Assembly (NCBI GenBank): GCA_026416195.1
Contig: JAOAFQ010000191.1
Span: forward strand, 28,719 to 92,718
Direction of reading: 5' to 3'
DNA from: Candidatus Aminicenantes bacterium
Lineage (GTDB): Bacteria; Acidobacteriota; Aminicenantia; Aminicenantales; CALLJL01
DNA: 64,000 bases
Made by a program: the position numbers and the translations under genes. Within the stretch, counting starts at the first letter, position 1; every line of letters starts with the position of its first letter. The notes under the pieces were generated by a model. It saw only the letters and a list, made by a program, of their open reading frames with translations, was not told where the DNA came from and ran no database searches. Shown here piece by piece: positions 20,931-31,972 of the stretch.

Positions 20931-21019
20931 TTCACTCACCCTGATTTTTTTCAAAAAGAATTGCTTCAAGAACAGATAAAAGAGACTCTGTTGATACTCC
21001 CCTCTTGAAAAAACTGCCT

Positions 21020-22219
21020 TTAAAAAGAATAAGTCAGGCCCAGACCTAGGATAAAAACGCGGAGATTATATTTCTCAGTCAGAGGATGAGGCCCAAACCC
21101 AGTGAGTACTTTTTCTCGTTCTTTACCCAAAGCATAAATATAGGCGAAATCGATGGTGACTCGACCAGAACGGTAGCCTATTCCGCCTAGAAGGCTGAAT
21201 TTATCCACATCAATGTTCATGATATTTAATGACTCGTCTGGGGTGGCATGGCGATCATAACCAATTCCACCTCTTAAGAAAATCCCTTGGAGAAAAGCAT
21301 ATTCTAACCCGATCCGAGTGATAAGAATATTTTGGAAATTCATGGCTTCAGCTGTTTTTATTTCCCCAATAAGAGGAATATTTTTTATGGTTTTATCAAT
21401 TTTATCTAAAGCCGACCAAAGGGTATATTGGGCACTAGCTGACAGTAAAATCCGGTCATTCAATTGGTAGGCCAAACCAGCCTCAAGATCCCAAGGCAAA
21501 CTAAAGGATGTTTCTGAATCAAGTTTGAGCCGAAAACCATTATAATTAACAGCTGTTGTGCCGACTAAATTCATTTTTGCGGGACCTCTTAAGCTTAAAC
21601 CAAAAGCTGCTTTTTCAGACAACTGATAAAGAAGACCAGCAGAGGCGGTCAAAACAGAGCCACTCTCCTCTTCTTTCATTTCGCCCAAAGGATCCATTTT
21701 TGTTTTAACCGTCAAAATTCCTTGATAAAAATTAAGAGCAAACCCTATCGAAATTTTTTCATTAAATTTGAAGGCCAAAGTGGGGGTATAAGATATGATT
21801 CCTAAGGTCGATTTGAAGGGATAACCTAGGTCAGATTCTTGCCAGTCAACTCCGCCCCCAGCATAAGGGATATAAACCCCAAAACCAACCGCGACTTTTT
21901 CATTCATTTGATAAGTAACAAAAATCTGAGGGACTGAACTTTCAAAGCGACTCTGAATTTCCTGTCCAGTTGGAGAGACATAGCTATGAGTCGGCCATAT
22001 GTGAAAGCCACCTAAGCAAAAATTAAAGGCTGCTTGCTGTCTCGTCAGACCAGCTGGATTGTAGAAAATTGCACTCGGATCATTAGCCACAGCAATAAAA
22101 GCTCCCCCCATCCCCATGGCTCGGCAACCAAGTAAAGTATTATTCCAAGCTCCGCCCATCAAAAAGAGAGGATAAAAAAATAATAAAACCATTAAGCCAA
22201 ACCTTAGTTTTATTTTCAT
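21020..22219 (-). CDS. OmpP1/FadL family outer-membrane transporter
   Basis: Signal peptide, RAMGMGGAFIAVANDPSAIFYNPAGL, C-terminal YSF beta-barrel end. Confidence 0.88.
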   Translation of the reverse strand: MKIKLRFGLMVLLFFYPLFLMGGAWNNTLLGCRAMGMGGAFIAVANDPSAIFYNPAGLTRQQAAFNFCLGGFHIWPTHSYVSPTGQEIQSRFESSVPQIFVTYQMNEKVAVGFGVYIPYAGGGVDWQESDLGYPFKSTLGIISYTPTLAFKFNEKISIGFALNFYQGILTVKTKMDPLGEMKEEESGSVLTASAGLLYQLSEKAAFGLSLRGPAKMNLVGTTAVNYNGFRLKLDSETSFSLPWDLEAGLAYQLNDRILLSASAQYTLWSALDKIDKTIKNIPLIGEIKTAEAMNFQNILITRIGLEYAFLQGIFLRGGIGYDRHATPDESLNIMNIDVDKFSLLGGIGYRSGRVTIDFAYIYALGKEREKVLTGFGPHPLTEKYNLRVFILGLGLTYSF

Positions 22220-22382
22220 CGTCTTTTTCTCCCTAGACTTTTTTATTAGGCTTACAACTATTTAAGGCTTAAAGTCAAGCTTGCAAAAACCATGAAGTTA
22301 AATCTCCTTAGATTCCGCTCAAATTGGATTTCTTAAAATAATAAATCAATAATTTGTAAAACTAAGCTTAGAAATTAATATC

Positions 22383-23390
22383 TTAAGGATTAAAATGAGA
22401 AAAACCTGCAGGCTTAAGAGGTCGGCGCTCACCTTTATTATCTATAATCCATAATTGTCGGCTCTTAATAATCCGGCCAATTTCATGGAGATTAAAACGA
22501 CGACTAACCTTAACTATTTTATTTCTTTTGTGGGGTGGAACAGTAAATAGAAGCTGATAATCTTCACCCCCAGCAAGGACAAAAGACCAAAAATCTGAAA
22601 AATTTTCTTTTAGAGCAGGATGAAGGGGAATCCTGGATTGCTCAATTTCAGCCCCAACTTGGCTCTCTTCGCAAAGATGGCATAGATCGATCGACAGACC
22701 ATCGGAAGTGTCAATCATCGCCGAGGCCAACCCATGTCGAGCTAGCCAACAGCCGAGGCGAAGCTGGGGACTTGGATCAAGAAAGGCTCCAATTAAGGGA
22801 TCAATAGAATTTAGACGACCTGCTTTAATCTTGTCTATTATTTCTTTGGCTAATTTATTTGTCTTTTCGAGCAACCAAAGCCCGGCTGCAGCCAATCCAG
22901 GATAACCTGATAACCAAATGGTGTCACCGGGTTTAGCGCCATTTCTAGGAACAAATCTTTTGACCTGACCAATTACGGTAATTGAAATAACAATTTCTGG
23001 CGAGCGGCTCAAATCACCCCCAACGAGAGAAACCCGCTCTCTTTGACAAATCGCCTTTAGACCAGCCATGAACTCTTCAACCCAACTAGGAGGAAGTGAT
23101 GGCGGCAAACCTAGGCCGAGCAGGCAGTAAAGAGGACGACCACCCATGGCCGCAAGATCACTTAAATTAACTGATAAACTTTTTCGGCCTAGAAAATAGG
23201 GAGGATTAATCTCTCGACGAAAATGTGTCTTTTCAATTAAAAGATCTTTAGTGACAACTAACAGGTTTTTCCCTGGCTTTAAAACAGCGGCATCATCACC
23301 AATCCCCAGAATAATTGGCCCTTTTTTGGTTAGAAAATCTTTGCGAATGGCCAAAAGCAGTTCAGGCTCGCGGAGCCGCCGCAATCTCAT
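22383..23390 (-). CDS. thiL: Thiamine-monophosphate kinase
   Basis: GIGDDAA, VNLSDLAAMGG, GGDL, IDTSDGL, GGEDYQL; ATG at 23390 preferred over 23453. Confidence 0.92.
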   Translation of the reverse strand: MRLRRLREPELLLAIRKDFLTKKGPIILGIGDDAAVLKPGKNLLVVTKDLLIEKTHFRREINPPYFLGRKSLSVNLSDLAAMGGRPLYCLLGLGLPPSLPPSWVEEFMAGLKAICQRERVSLVGGDLSRSPEIVISITVIGQVKRFVPRNGAKPGDTIWLSGYPGLAAAGLWLLEKTNKLAKEIIDKIKAGRLNSIDPLIGAFLDPSPQLRLGCWLARHGLASAMIDTSDGLSIDLCHLCEESQVGAEIEQSRIPLHPALKENFSDFWSFVLAGGEDYQLLFTVPPHKRNKIVKVSRRFNLHEIGRIIKSRQLWIIDNKGERRPLKPAGFSHFNP

Positions 23391-25812
23391 GACGTTGCTC
23401 AAAAGGAGAAATAACCAGAGCTGCCTCAAAAACTTGATTAATATTCTCGACAAAAATGAATTCCATCTCTTTTTTTACTTTGGCTGGAATATCAGCCAAA
23501 TCTTTTTTATTAGGCGCGGGTAAGATCATCTTTCTTATACCGGCTCGCTGAGCAGCTAGAACTTTTTCTTTAACCCCACCAATCGGAAGCACATTACCTC
23601 GTAAGGTAATCTCTCCGGTCATAGCTACATCATGCTTCACCTTAATTTCTGTACAGACAGAGATAAGGGAAGTGGCAATAGTTACTCCAGCTGACGGTCC
23701 ATCTTTAGGAATAGCCCCTTCAGGAATATGGATGTGGAAATCAAATTCACTGAAAATTGAGAGGTCAATGCCAAATTCATCGGCATGGGAGCGCAAATAA
23801 CTCAGAGCAGCTTGAGCTGATTCCTTCATAACATCTCCTAAAGAGCCGGTCAAAATCAATCCACCTTTGCCTTTCATTTTGGTAGCTTCAACAAAGATGA
23901 TTTCGCCTCCAGAGGCCGTCCAGGCCACCCCGGTTGCTACCCCGACTTGATCCTTCGCCAGCATCTGATCTCGGAAGATTCGAGGAGGGCCGAGAAATTC
24001 TTCTAGATTATTGGTCGTAACTCGATGCTTAAATTTTTTGCCTTCAGCCACTCGCCAAGCCACCTTGCGGCAAACAGCCGCAATTTCTCTTTCCAAGTTG
24101 CGCACCCCTGCTTCCCTCGTATACTGAGCGATAATTTTCTTGACAGCAGCCCGGCTAAAAGAAATTAAATCCTTACTCAGTCCATTCTCAGTGATCTGCT
24201 TAGGAATCAAATGGCGAAGGGCAATCTCGAGCTTCTCTTCCTCAGTATAACCAGGAATTTCAATTATTTCCATTCGGTCCCTAAAGGCGGGGTGAATAGG
24301 ATCCAGGAGATTGGCCGTAGTAATAAACATTACCTTGGAGAGATCGAAAGGAACGCCAAGATAATGGTCACGGAAGGAATGATTTTGTTCAGGATCGAGG
24401 ACCTCGAGCAGGGCAGATGAAGGATCGCCTCGGAAATCAGCACCAATTTTATCCACCTCATCCAGCATGAATACTGGGTTGTTGCTACCGGCCTGCCTTA
24501 TTCCCTGAATGATCTTTCCAGGCATGGCCCCGACATAGGTCCGCCTATGGCCTCTAATTTCGGCTTCGTCGCGAACCCCCCCTAAGGAAATCCGAACAAA
24601 TTTTCGGCCCAAAGCTCGGGCTATTGACCGGCCAAGGGAAGTTTTTCCAACTCCAGGTGGTCCCACAAAACAAAGAATTGGCCCTCTTATTTTTTGAGAA
24701 AGAGATCTTCCCGCTAAGTATTCAAGAATCCTCATTTTTACCTTTTCCAAGCCATAATGATCCTCATCCAAAATCTTTTTGGCGGCCTTTAGATCAAGAT
24801 TATCAGGTGTGCTTTCATTCCAAGGTAAGGAAAACATCCAATCAAGGTAGTTCCGAACCACAGCCGTTTCGGCTGATTCTGGATGCATTTGACTGAGACG
24901 ATTGATTTGTTTTTCCAGCTCTTCCCGAACTTCATCAGGAACCTGCAATTTGGCCAGTTTTTCTTGATAACTTCTTATTTCTTCCTGAAGTTCACTGCCC
25001 TCACCAAGTTCCTTTTGAATCGCCTTAAGTTGCTGCCTTAGGAAATACTGACGCTGAAGCTTATCTAGCTCGCCTCTAGCTTCACTGGTTATTTTCGATT
25101 GAAGATCAAGAATTTCCAACTCTTTCATCAGGAGCTCATGAACTTTTTTCAGCCGATCAACAGGATTAATAATCTCCAGAACCTTTTGGGCCTCCTCAAC
25201 TTTAAGGTCAAGATTGGCCGCAGTCAAATCAGCTAGCCGTCCAGGCTCTTCCATATTAGCTGCAATAATGAGGACTTCAGGCGGAATATTCTTGCCTAAG
25301 GATGTAGCTTTCTCCAAGCCAGCACGAATATTTCTAATTAAAGCTTCGACTTCCATCGTCTTTTCCGTAATTTCTGGCTCATGAATAACGGTAATTTCGG
25401 ATTGAATCACCTTGCCATCGTCTTCAAAAGTTTCAACTTTGGCCCTGACTAAACCTTGGACTAACGCCCTCACCCGTCCATCGGGCAATTTAAGCATTCG
25501 AATAATCATGGCCACCGTACCCAGATCAAAGGCATCCTCTCTTTTTGGATCCTCAATTTCTAAGTCTTTCTGGGTCAAAAGAAGAACCATCCGATGACTA
25601 GAAAGGGCCAAGTCAATTGCATTCTTTGATTTTTCTCGCCCAACGAAAAGAGGGACAATCATATAAGGAAAAACCACAATGTCCCGCAACATTAAAACAG
25701 GTAGTTTCGATGGAATTTGAAGCCTTGGTCCTCCCAAATCTGAGGTTCCTTCCTCAGGGCTGTTCTCTATTTCAAAGGAAGAATCAGGCCTTTCCTTTTC
25801 AGGATCACTCAT
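23362..25812 (-). CDS. lon: ATP-dependent protease La
   Basis: [37 protein letters not shown]. Confidence 0.97.
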   Translation of the reverse strand: MSDPEKERPDSSFEIENSPEEGTSDLGGPRLQIPSKLPVLMLRDIVVFPYMIVPLFVGREKSKNAIDLALSSHRMVLLLTQKDLEIEDPKREDAFDLGTVAMIIRMLKLPDGRVRALVQGLVRAKVETFEDDGKVIQSEITVIHEPEITEKTMEVEALIRNIRAGLEKATSLGKNIPPEVLIIAANMEEPGRLADLTAANLDLKVEEAQKVLEIINPVDRLKKVHELLMKELEILDLQSKITSEARGELDKLQRQYFLRQQLKAIQKELGEGSELQEEIRSYQEKLAKLQVPDEVREELEKQINRLSQMHPESAETAVVRNYLDWMFSLPWNESTPDNLDLKAAKKILDEDHYGLEKVKMRILEYLAGRSLSQKIRGPILCFVGPPGVGKTSLGRSIARALGRKFVRISLGGVRDEAEIRGHRRTYVGAMPGKIIQGIRQAGSNNPVFMLDEVDKIGADFRGDPSSALLEVLDPEQNHSFRDHYLGVPFDLSKVMFITTANLLDPIHPAFRDRMEIIEIPGYTEEEKLEIALRHLIPKQITENGLSKDLISFSRAAVKKIIAQYTREAGVRNLEREIAAVCRKVAWRVAEGKKFKHRVTTNNLEEFLGPPRIFRDQMLAKDQVGVATGVAWTASGGEIIFVEATKMKGKGGLILTGSLGDVMKESAQAALSYLRSHADEFGIDLSIFSEFDFHIHIPEGAIPKDGPSAGVTIATSLISVCTEIKVKHDVAMTGEITLRGNVLPIGGVKEKVLAAQRAGIRKMILPAPNKKDLADIPAKVKKEMEFIFVENINQVFEAALVISPFEQRHEIAAAPRA

Positions 25813-25859
25813 TTTTTTCCTCCAACTATAGCTTCATATTCTCCCAAAAGAATTGATAA

Positions 25860-26270
25860 TTACCGACTTCTTTTAAATTTTTTCAATTTTATGGTTAAGA
25901 TACCATCTTCGAGCCAGGCTACAGTGTGGTCAGGGAAAACAAGACAAGGAAGAGGAATAAACCGAGAAAACTGGCCATACTCTCGTTCAAGACGAATGTA
26001 ATGTCCTCCCTTGGCCAATTCATCCTCTCTCTTCTTTCCTTTAAGATCAATGTGATTAGCATGAACCACCACTGAAATATCTTGAGGTTCAATCCCAGGA
26101 AGTTCGATTTCAACAATTAGCTCTTCGGCTCGTTCCGAAATATCAACTCGAGGTATCCAGGGAGAAGGCCAGGAAGGAAAGACTTCCCGGACACTCTTTT
26201 CTTCCTCCATATTTTTAAAAGAGATATTTATTTTTTTAATAGCCTGAGCCTTTCTTGGTTTCGGTCTCAT
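25860..26270 (-). CDS. Hsp20/alpha-crystallin small heat-shock protein
   Basis: PRVDISE, ELPGI, ERxYGxFxRxIPLP, DGILTI; directly upstream of lon. Confidence 0.9.
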   Translation of the reverse strand: MRPKPRKAQAIKKINISFKNMEEEKSVREVFPSWPSPWIPRVDISERAEELIVEIELPGIEPQDISVVVHANHIDLKGKKREDELAKGGHYIRLEREYGQFSRFIPLPCLVFPDHTVAWLEDGILTIKLKKFKRSR

Positions 26271-26290
26271 TGCAATTTACTTTTATTTTT

Positions 26291-26746
26291 TTATTTTTCT
26301 TTAAGTAAATTTTCTAGTTCCTGTTTGAATTCAACCACATCCTTGAATTCTCGATAAACGGAGGCAAACCGGACATAAGCAACTTTATCGAGCTCCTTTA
26401 ATCTGTCCATAACGAGAGCCCCAATTTCCGAAGAACTCATTTCTTTTTCCGGTTTTTCCTGTAGCTTGGTCTCAATTTCCTCAACTATTTCCTCTAATTT
26501 AGATACTGGAATCGGTCTTTTCTCACAAGCCTTGAGCATACCCCGCAGAAGCTTCTGTCCATCAAAAGGTTGGCGGCTGCCATCTTTCTTCACAACCATA
26601 AAAGGAACTTCCTCAATTCTTTCATAGGTAGTAAAGCGTCGTTGGCAAGCTGAACATTGACGACGTCGACGGATGCTTAGACCTTTTTTGCTTTCCCTAG
26701 AATCAATGACCCTAGTCTCAGGATGTTGACAATAGGGACATTTCAT
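26291..26746 (-). CDS. nrdR: Transcriptional repressor NrdR
   Basis: MKCPYC, VIDSR, IRRRRQC, RFTTYE, ATP cone, [10 protein letters not shown]. Confidence 0.97.
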   Translation of the reverse strand: MKCPYCQHPETRVIDSRESKKGLSIRRRRQCSACQRRFTTYERIEEVPFMVVKKDGSRQPFDGQKLLRGMLKACEKRPIPVSKLEEIVEEIETKLQEKPEKEMSSSEIGALVMDRLKELDKVAYVRFASVYREFKDVVEFKQELENLLKEK

Positions 26747-27826
26747 TTAAATGCCTTTCTCTCTTAATTGGACTATCTGAAAAAAAGATATTCCCTCTTT
26801 CCATAATATACCATACCCTATAAGGCATGTCACGACAAGTTGAAGGGCATGAGTAACCAGCGTAATGCCAACTGCTAGGTTTGGATCAAGACCATAAATT
26901 GAGGTCAAAGCTAATTTGCTGAAATAATGAAATCCACCAACCATTCCAGGCGTAGGAATAGAGGCTCCAACCATCGTTAAAAAGACATAGGGAAAGAGGA
27001 AAAAAAAGGAAAGATTAACTCCATAAGCCAGGAAAAACACCCAATAATAGAAGATGATTAAAAGCCAAACTAAGAAAGAAAGAGCAATATAAATTAAGAC
27101 TGCTTTCAAGGAGTGAAAGAATTTAAGGCCAATAATAAATTCTTCAGCTAAGCCCAATAGGCTTTGGCGAACTTTCAAAGGCAAGGGTCGCAGGAAAAAT
27201 GAAATTAAACGAAGCGAAGGATCTTTAAAAAAATATAATAATAGGCTGGCCATTAACAAAAAAGAAGCAAAAATTAAAGCCACAGAACCCCAGAAACGCA
27301 AATTGTCATTGACAGCCTCATCAATTTTAAAAAGAGCGGAATACAAAGGTTGAGCCACTAAAAAAAGACCTAAAAGAAAGCACATGGTAAATATATCAAA
27401 AGTTCGCTCAACCACTACTGTCCCCAAGACAAAGCCCTTTTTTATTCCCTCCTTCTGAGCCAAATAAAGCGGTTTAACAAGTTCGCCCAATCGTCCTGGA
27501 AAAAGGAAAGTAACGGTAAAGCCAACAGCATTACTGGCAAAAAGATTCCAAAGGCTTATTTTCGATTTTTCGGGGAGAAGAAGAAAACGCCATCTCGCTC
27601 CCCTGGTTAAAAGATGAAGAGGTGTAAGCAAAATTGACATAGTAAAAATAAGAGGATTTACCTCAGTCAGATACTTGGCTACCTCGCTCCAGTCGACCTT
27701 CCGGAAAAAAAAGTAAAGAAAAATAAGACTTATTAGAAAAAAGATAATTAGACGAAAATATTTTTTGACCAAATCAGCCTCGTCTCTTGAAGGCGTCATG
27801 TTATCAACATCTTCCAGATATGTCAA
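26747..27826 (-). CDS. Lysylphosphatidylglycerol synthase-like transmembrane (flippase-like) protein
   Basis: RxxRW, PGRLGELVK, VVERTFD, PTPGMVGGFH; true start probably a little downstream. Confidence 0.85.
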   Translation of the reverse strand: MTYLEDVDNMTPSRDEADLVKKYFRLIIFFLISLIFLYFFFRKVDWSEVAKYLTEVNPLIFTMSILLTPLHLLTRGARWRFLLLPEKSKISLWNLFASNAVGFTVTFLFPGRLGELVKPLYLAQKEGIKKGFVLGTVVVERTFDIFTMCFLLGLFLVAQPLYSALFKIDEAVNDNLRFWGSVALIFASFLLMASLLLYFFKDPSLRLISFFLRPLPLKVRQSLLGLAEEFIIGLKFFHSLKAVLIYIALSFLVWLLIIFYYWVFFLAYGVNLSFFFLFPYVFLTMVGASIPTPGMVGGFHYFSKLALTSIYGLDPNLAVGITLVTHALQLVVTCLIGYGILWKEGISFFQIVQLREKGI

Positions 27827-27905
27827 TTTGGCTAAAAAATTAAGTGGAGATGGATTTTTATGAGGTCAATAAAGAATAAGGAGTAGGTCTTAAAATCAGG
27901 GGCCC

Positions 27906-27933
27906 TTGAATTAGATGAAAAGTTTGCTATATT
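27906..27933 (+). promoter_or_regulatory. sigma70-type promoter of tRNA-Gln
   Basis: TTGAAT-16 nt-TATATT with extended -10 TG. Confidence 0.55.
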
Positions 27934-27947
27934 TTAGATTGGTTTGC

Positions 27948-28021
27948 TGGGAAGTCGTCTAACGGTAGGACACATGACTCTGGATCATGGAATCGGGGTT
28001 CGAATCCCTGCTTCCCAGCCA
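27948..28021 (+). tRNA. tRNA-Gln(CTG)
   Basis: TGGGAAG/CTTCCCA acceptor, anticodon arm CATGA-CTCTGGA-TCATG, GGTTCGAATCC, encoded CCA. Confidence 0.96.
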
Positions 28022-28060
28022 AGCTAAGCTTCCTTCTTGTCTCTCCTTTATTTAAACGAG

Positions 28061-28468
28061 TTAATTCTTAGAGGAAAGGGGGAAATTCTTTTTTTTGATG
28101 ATAAAGTCTCTTATATTGGCTGAAATTGAAGCTAAAAAAGCAAGGAGAAGTAGACCAAGGGTAAGGGAATTAATTATTTTATCCGGAGGCTCCCAGCCTG
28201 TAATTTCCCGAATAAGAAAAGCTGTATAAGAAGGAGGATGATCGAAATTACCCAGTTTCTCCCTCACTTGCCAGTGCCAATCAGTAAATGGACAATAACC
28301 ATAGCCATACCAGAAGCCTAAGATAAACCATGATCCAAGAGTTAGAATAATAATTATGAGGTTAATTAATCTAGTTTTTCGCCAGATCCAACCCAAAAGG
28401 TTAAAAATTACAAGAAAGGAATGGAAAATAAAGAAAAAAAGATTTAAAAGCTGGTAAAGAAAGCGCAT
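28061..28468 (-). CDS. DUF2784-like membrane protein
   Basis: H..LVIFNLLGW, GYCPFTDWHW motif, TM segments. Confidence 0.75.
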   Translation of the reverse strand: MRFLYQLLNLFFFIFHSFLVIFNLLGWIWRKTRLINLIIIILTLGSWFILGFWYGYGYCPFTDWHWQVREKLGNFDHPPSYTAFLIREITGWEPPDKIINSLTLGLLLLAFLASISANIRDFIIKKKNFPLSSKN

Positions 28469-28485
28469 AAACTTATAATAATAAG

Positions 28486-28558
28486 TAGCGCTACCGGGAT
28501 TCGAACCCGGGTCTGATGGCTGAGAACCATCTGTCCTTGGCCTCTAGACGATAGCGCC
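28486..28558 (-). tRNA. tRNA-Glu(CTC)
   Basis: GGCGCTA/TAGCGCT acceptor, anticodon arm GATGG-TTCTCAG-CCATC, GGTTCGAATCC; CCA not encoded. Confidence 0.96.
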
Positions 28559-28570
28559 TTTGCTTTCCAT

Positions 28571-28599
28571 TAAATAGCAGAACCTCCTCTCCCTGTCAA
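28571..28599 (-). promoter_or_regulatory. sigma70-type promoter of tRNA-Glu
   Basis: TTGACA-17 nt-TATTTA with extended -10 TG. Confidence 0.6.
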
Positions 28600-28755
28600 T
28601 GAAAAATCTTAGTTCAAACCTTCCCCCAATTTTGGCTTAAAATCTTCAAGACAAATTCACTCACCTAATTATCGCTGATTTTTCAATTTGATCGAATTTG
28701 GCCCAAAATTTCGATCTAAACTTAATTGATATTGCTAGTCTTTTAAGAACAATTT

Positions 28756-29688
28756 TTAGATATATTCAATAGTGGCTGGTGGTTTAGGTGTCAACTCATA
28801 GGCTACTCGAGTCACGGATGGAATTTCTTCAATAATTCTCTCGGTTATTTTCATCAGGACAGCCCAGGGAAGAGGTGATGGCTCAGCCGTCATCGCATCT
28901 CGACTTTCGACTGAGCGAATAATGATGATATCGCCTAATTTTCGCTGTCCTTTTTCAATTCCTGTCGCTTTATCGGTCAAAAGAACAGCAAAGGCTTGAA
29001 AGGGTTGAAACGAAGACACTTCTTCTTCCACAATCTTAGTCGCCCTCCTTACGATGGCTACTCTTTCAGGGGTAATCTCGCCCAAGATGCGAGCAGCTAA
29101 GCCAGGTCCAGGAAAAGGCATTCTTTTTAAAATTGATTCAGGTAAACCAAGCGCTTTGGCTACTTCCCTGACTTCGTGTTTAAAAAGGGTTTTAAGAGGC
29201 TCGATAATTTTAAATCCAAAACTTATTTCTGGATCAATTCCTATTTGCTCAAGAATATTATGCTGAGTTTTAATTCCGTCCCTAGTTTCAATTATATCAG
29301 CCGCAATTGTTCCTTGAATGAGAAATCGAACACCCCTTTCTTGGATTATCCGGCCCAACGTTCGATAAAAAACTTCCCGAAAGGCTTTTCGTTTTTCTTC
29401 AGGATCAACCAAACCGTTTAATGCCTGAAAAAATTCATTTTGAGCGTTGACGATTTCAACCGGAATGCCCAGTTCGGCAAAAACTGATTTAACTTGCTCT
29501 GGCTCTCCTTCTCTCATCAAACCATCATCAATAAAAACTACCTTCAATCGAGGGCCTAGGGCTTTCCAAGCCAGGAGAGTGCAGGTAGAACTATCTACCC
29601 CGCCAGAAAGGGCCGAGAGGGCACCAGTCTCACCCACTATTTTTCTAATCATGTCTATTTGGTCATTGATAAAAGATTTCACTTCCAT
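28756..29688 (-). CDS. guaAB: GMP synthase subunit B (ATP pyrophosphatase + C-terminal domain, no glutaminase domain)
   Basis: ALSGGVDS, DPEEKRK, IKTQHN, PFPGPGLAARI, KPPATIEYI; only 310 aa. Confidence 0.88.
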   Translation of the reverse strand: MEVKSFINDQIDMIRKIVGETGALSALSGGVDSSTCTLLAWKALGPRLKVVFIDDGLMREGEPEQVKSVFAELGIPVEIVNAQNEFFQALNGLVDPEEKRKAFREVFYRTLGRIIQERGVRFLIQGTIAADIIETRDGIKTQHNILEQIGIDPEISFGFKIIEPLKTLFKHEVREVAKALGLPESILKRMPFPGPGLAARILGEITPERVAIVRRATKIVEEEVSSFQPFQAFAVLLTDKATGIEKGQRKLGDIIIIRSVESRDAMTAEPSPLPWAVLMKITERIIEEIPSVTRVAYELTPKPPATIEYI

Positions 29689-29903
29689 ATTTTCCTCCTG
29701 CTTTCCTAACTATAATTATTATTTTATTTTTCTTTTTCTTGTCCTAAATTTTGTAATTCAATCAATGTTTCTTTGTTCTACTTCATTTTATTTCAGGTTA
29801 AGATATCTTACCCCAATTAAGAAGGCAAGAGAATCTTTTCGAGAACTGAAAAGATTCCTTATCTCAGTCTTTTTTGCTATGATGAAAAAGATCATTGAGC
29901 GTT

Positions 29904-30701
29904 ATGAATATCCTTATTTTCAGCGATGAACAGCAACTAACCGAAGCAGCCGTTCAGTTAATCCTTCAGGCTTATGAAAGGAAGCCTAATCTTGTTCTGG
30001 GATTAGCTGCTGGTCGAACACCTCGTCGACTCTACTCTGATTTGGTTAGAGCGTATCAGGAAAAAAAGATCGATTTTAGCCTCGTTCGAGTTTTCGCTCT
30101 TGATGAATTTAGAGGTTTGAGCCCTAACCATCCCCTTAGCTTCGCCTATTATTTCAAAGAGAATCTATTTAACCACATAAATCTTCGTCCAGAAAACATT
30201 TTTCTTTTAAATGGTCAGACCGAGAAAATAGACGATCATTGCCGCTTTTATGAATCGATGATTTTACAGACTGGGGGTATAGATATTCAGATCTTGGGAA
30301 TTGGATTAAATGGTCATATCGGATTTAATGAGCCAGGTTCATCCTTTGGATCAAGAACAAGACTCCAGATCCTAACTCCCGAAACAAGGGCTAACCAGCA
30401 AGCTCTTTTCCAAGCTCAGGGAGAAGACCCTCCAACGATGGCTCTAACGATGGGGTTAGCGACTATTCTCGAAGCCAGAAATATAATTCTACTCGCTACA
30501 GGTGAAGACAAAGCGGCTATCATTAGTCAAGCTTTAGAAGGACCGATAACCATTTCTCTGCCTGCCAGTTGTTTGCAACTCCATCCTTCAGTATTTGTTT
30601 TCTTAGATGAATTAGCGGCTTCTCAGCTTAAAAGGAAGGCTTTTTATCTTTATTGCCAAGAAATAAATAAAAGAGAGAAGCTACCCATCGTTATTCTTTA
30701 A
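29904..30701 (+). CDS. nagB: Glucosamine-6-phosphate deaminase
   Basis: VLGLAAGRTP, LDEF, QILGIGLNGHIGFNEPG, LTMG, PASCLQLH. Confidence 0.92.
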   Translation: MNILIFSDEQQLTEAAVQLILQAYERKPNLVLGLAAGRTPRRLYSDLVRAYQEKKIDFSLVRVFALDEFRGLSPNHPLSFAYYFKENLFNHINLRPENIFLLNGQTEKIDDHCRFYESMILQTGGIDIQILGIGLNGHIGFNEPGSSFGSRTRLQILTPETRANQQALFQAQGEDPPTMALTMGLATILEARNIILLATGEDKAAIISQALEGPITISLPASCLQLHPSVFVFLDELAASQLKRKAFYLYCQEINKREKLPIVIL

Positions 30702-30868
30702 AATTCTTTTTAAAACTCCAGGGTCTCATTCTTAGCGCTAAGAATTGTTTGGAGTTTAATCCCCAAAAAAAATTAATTCTTTCTCTTTCCTCTACAATAA
30801 ATAAGAATTAATAAAGCAAAACATTTTTTATATTAGAAAATGATATTTTTTATCTAAGATTGGCCATA

Positions 30869-31165
30869 TTACTTAGCTTTTGATTTTTCAAAAAAAAGTT
30901 TGATCATTCCCTCAGTCACTGGATCTTTAACTCGATAACAAACTCGCCTTTGACGGCGCCGCCCAATAACGATGCCGGCCTGTTTTAAAATCCGCAAACT
31001 TTGGGAAACGTGGGGCTGGCTCAAAGAGACACATTTCTGCAATTCACCAACACAGCATTCTCTTTTCATCAATTCTAGAACAATCCTTAATCTCTCAGGA
31101 TGAGATAAAGCTTTCAATTTTTTGGCAATTTTTACGATTTGGGCTCTGGCCACTTTTTTTTTCAT
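30869..31165 (-). CDS. ArsR/SmtB family transcriptional regulator
   Basis: LKALSHPERLRI, CVGEL, SQPHVSQSLRILK winged HTH. Confidence 0.9.
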   Translation of the reverse strand: MKKKVARAQIVKIAKKLKALSHPERLRIVLELMKRECCVGELQKCVSLSQPHVSQSLRILKQAGIVIGRRRQRRVCYRVKDPVTEGMIKLFFEKSKAK

Positions 31166-31350
31166 GGCTAACTCCTTTTTAAAAGATAAGTAATATTAAT
31201 TTTTGTTTATTTAGCTGTCAAGTTTTTTATAAATATTTTTTTTATTTTTTAGGCAACCGGGATATTGAGAAGATTATCAATTCCAATCATTTTATATTTT
31301 AACATATATTAAATAATTCATCAAAAAGTCAAGATAATAGGGAAATGAAT

Positions 31351-31740
31351 TCAGCGGTATTCTGGCAATATTTTTTGCATATGATCCATAATTTTCTTTG
31401 GCAAAGCTTCCCGTTGTTGGGGAGTAAGTTTAGCTTCAAATTCTTTATATTCTTTCCAGGTTACCCCAGCTTTTAAATAAAGATTATCTACTTCCTGTTG
31501 GGCCTTTTCAGGTTCGTCTTTATATTTATCCCAGATCAGAGCTGACCGAGCTGTTAAATCAATATAAAGCTCTTCGGTCATTTTAAGACTTGTTGCAGAT
31601 TTAGCCTCTTCAGTCTCTTCCTCCAAGATTTGTGGTTCCATCTCTTCTTCCTCAGAAACGATATTCCCTTTAGGGGAACAAGAGACCAATAAAAGCCCAC
31701 ATAAAACTAGGCATAGAATTATTCTCTTTCCTTTAATCAT
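31351..31740 (-). CDS. Hypothetical lipoprotein
   Basis: Basic N-terminus, hydrophobic stretch, lipobox LVSC; GAGGGG RBS. Confidence 0.7.
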   Translation of the reverse strand: MIKGKRIILCLVLCGLLLVSCSPKGNIVSEEEEMEPQILEEETEEAKSATSLKMTEELYIDLTARSALIWDKYKDEPEKAQQEVDNLYLKAGVTWKEYKEFEAKLTPQQREALPKKIMDHMQKILPEYR

Positions 31741-31886
31741 TGTTAGCTTCTTTCCCCTCAGTTTATTTACCCAAATTTATTTTTTAGATAGCCTTACTTC
31801 CGCTCCATCCAGTTTAATTTATTTTAAAATCAAAATTATTTATCCTTTCCCTCCCTCTTCCCCCAAAAGAAATGAATCCTAAAAAG

Positions 31887-31972
31887 TGCCGGGGGCCGGA
31901 CTCGAACCGGCACGGTTGTTGCCAACCGAGGGATTTTAAGTCCCTTGCGTCTACCCGTTCCGCCACCCCGGC
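31887..31972 (-). tRNA. tRNA-Leu(TAA)
   Basis: GCCGGGG/CCCCGGC acceptor, anticodon arm AGGGA-CTTAAAA-TCCCT, long variable arm, GGTTCGAGTCC; CCA not encoded. Confidence 0.96.

Noticed and set aside
29447-29929. 160-aa + strand ORF
   Set aside because: Antisense to the GMP synthase subunit, then runs through intergenic DNA
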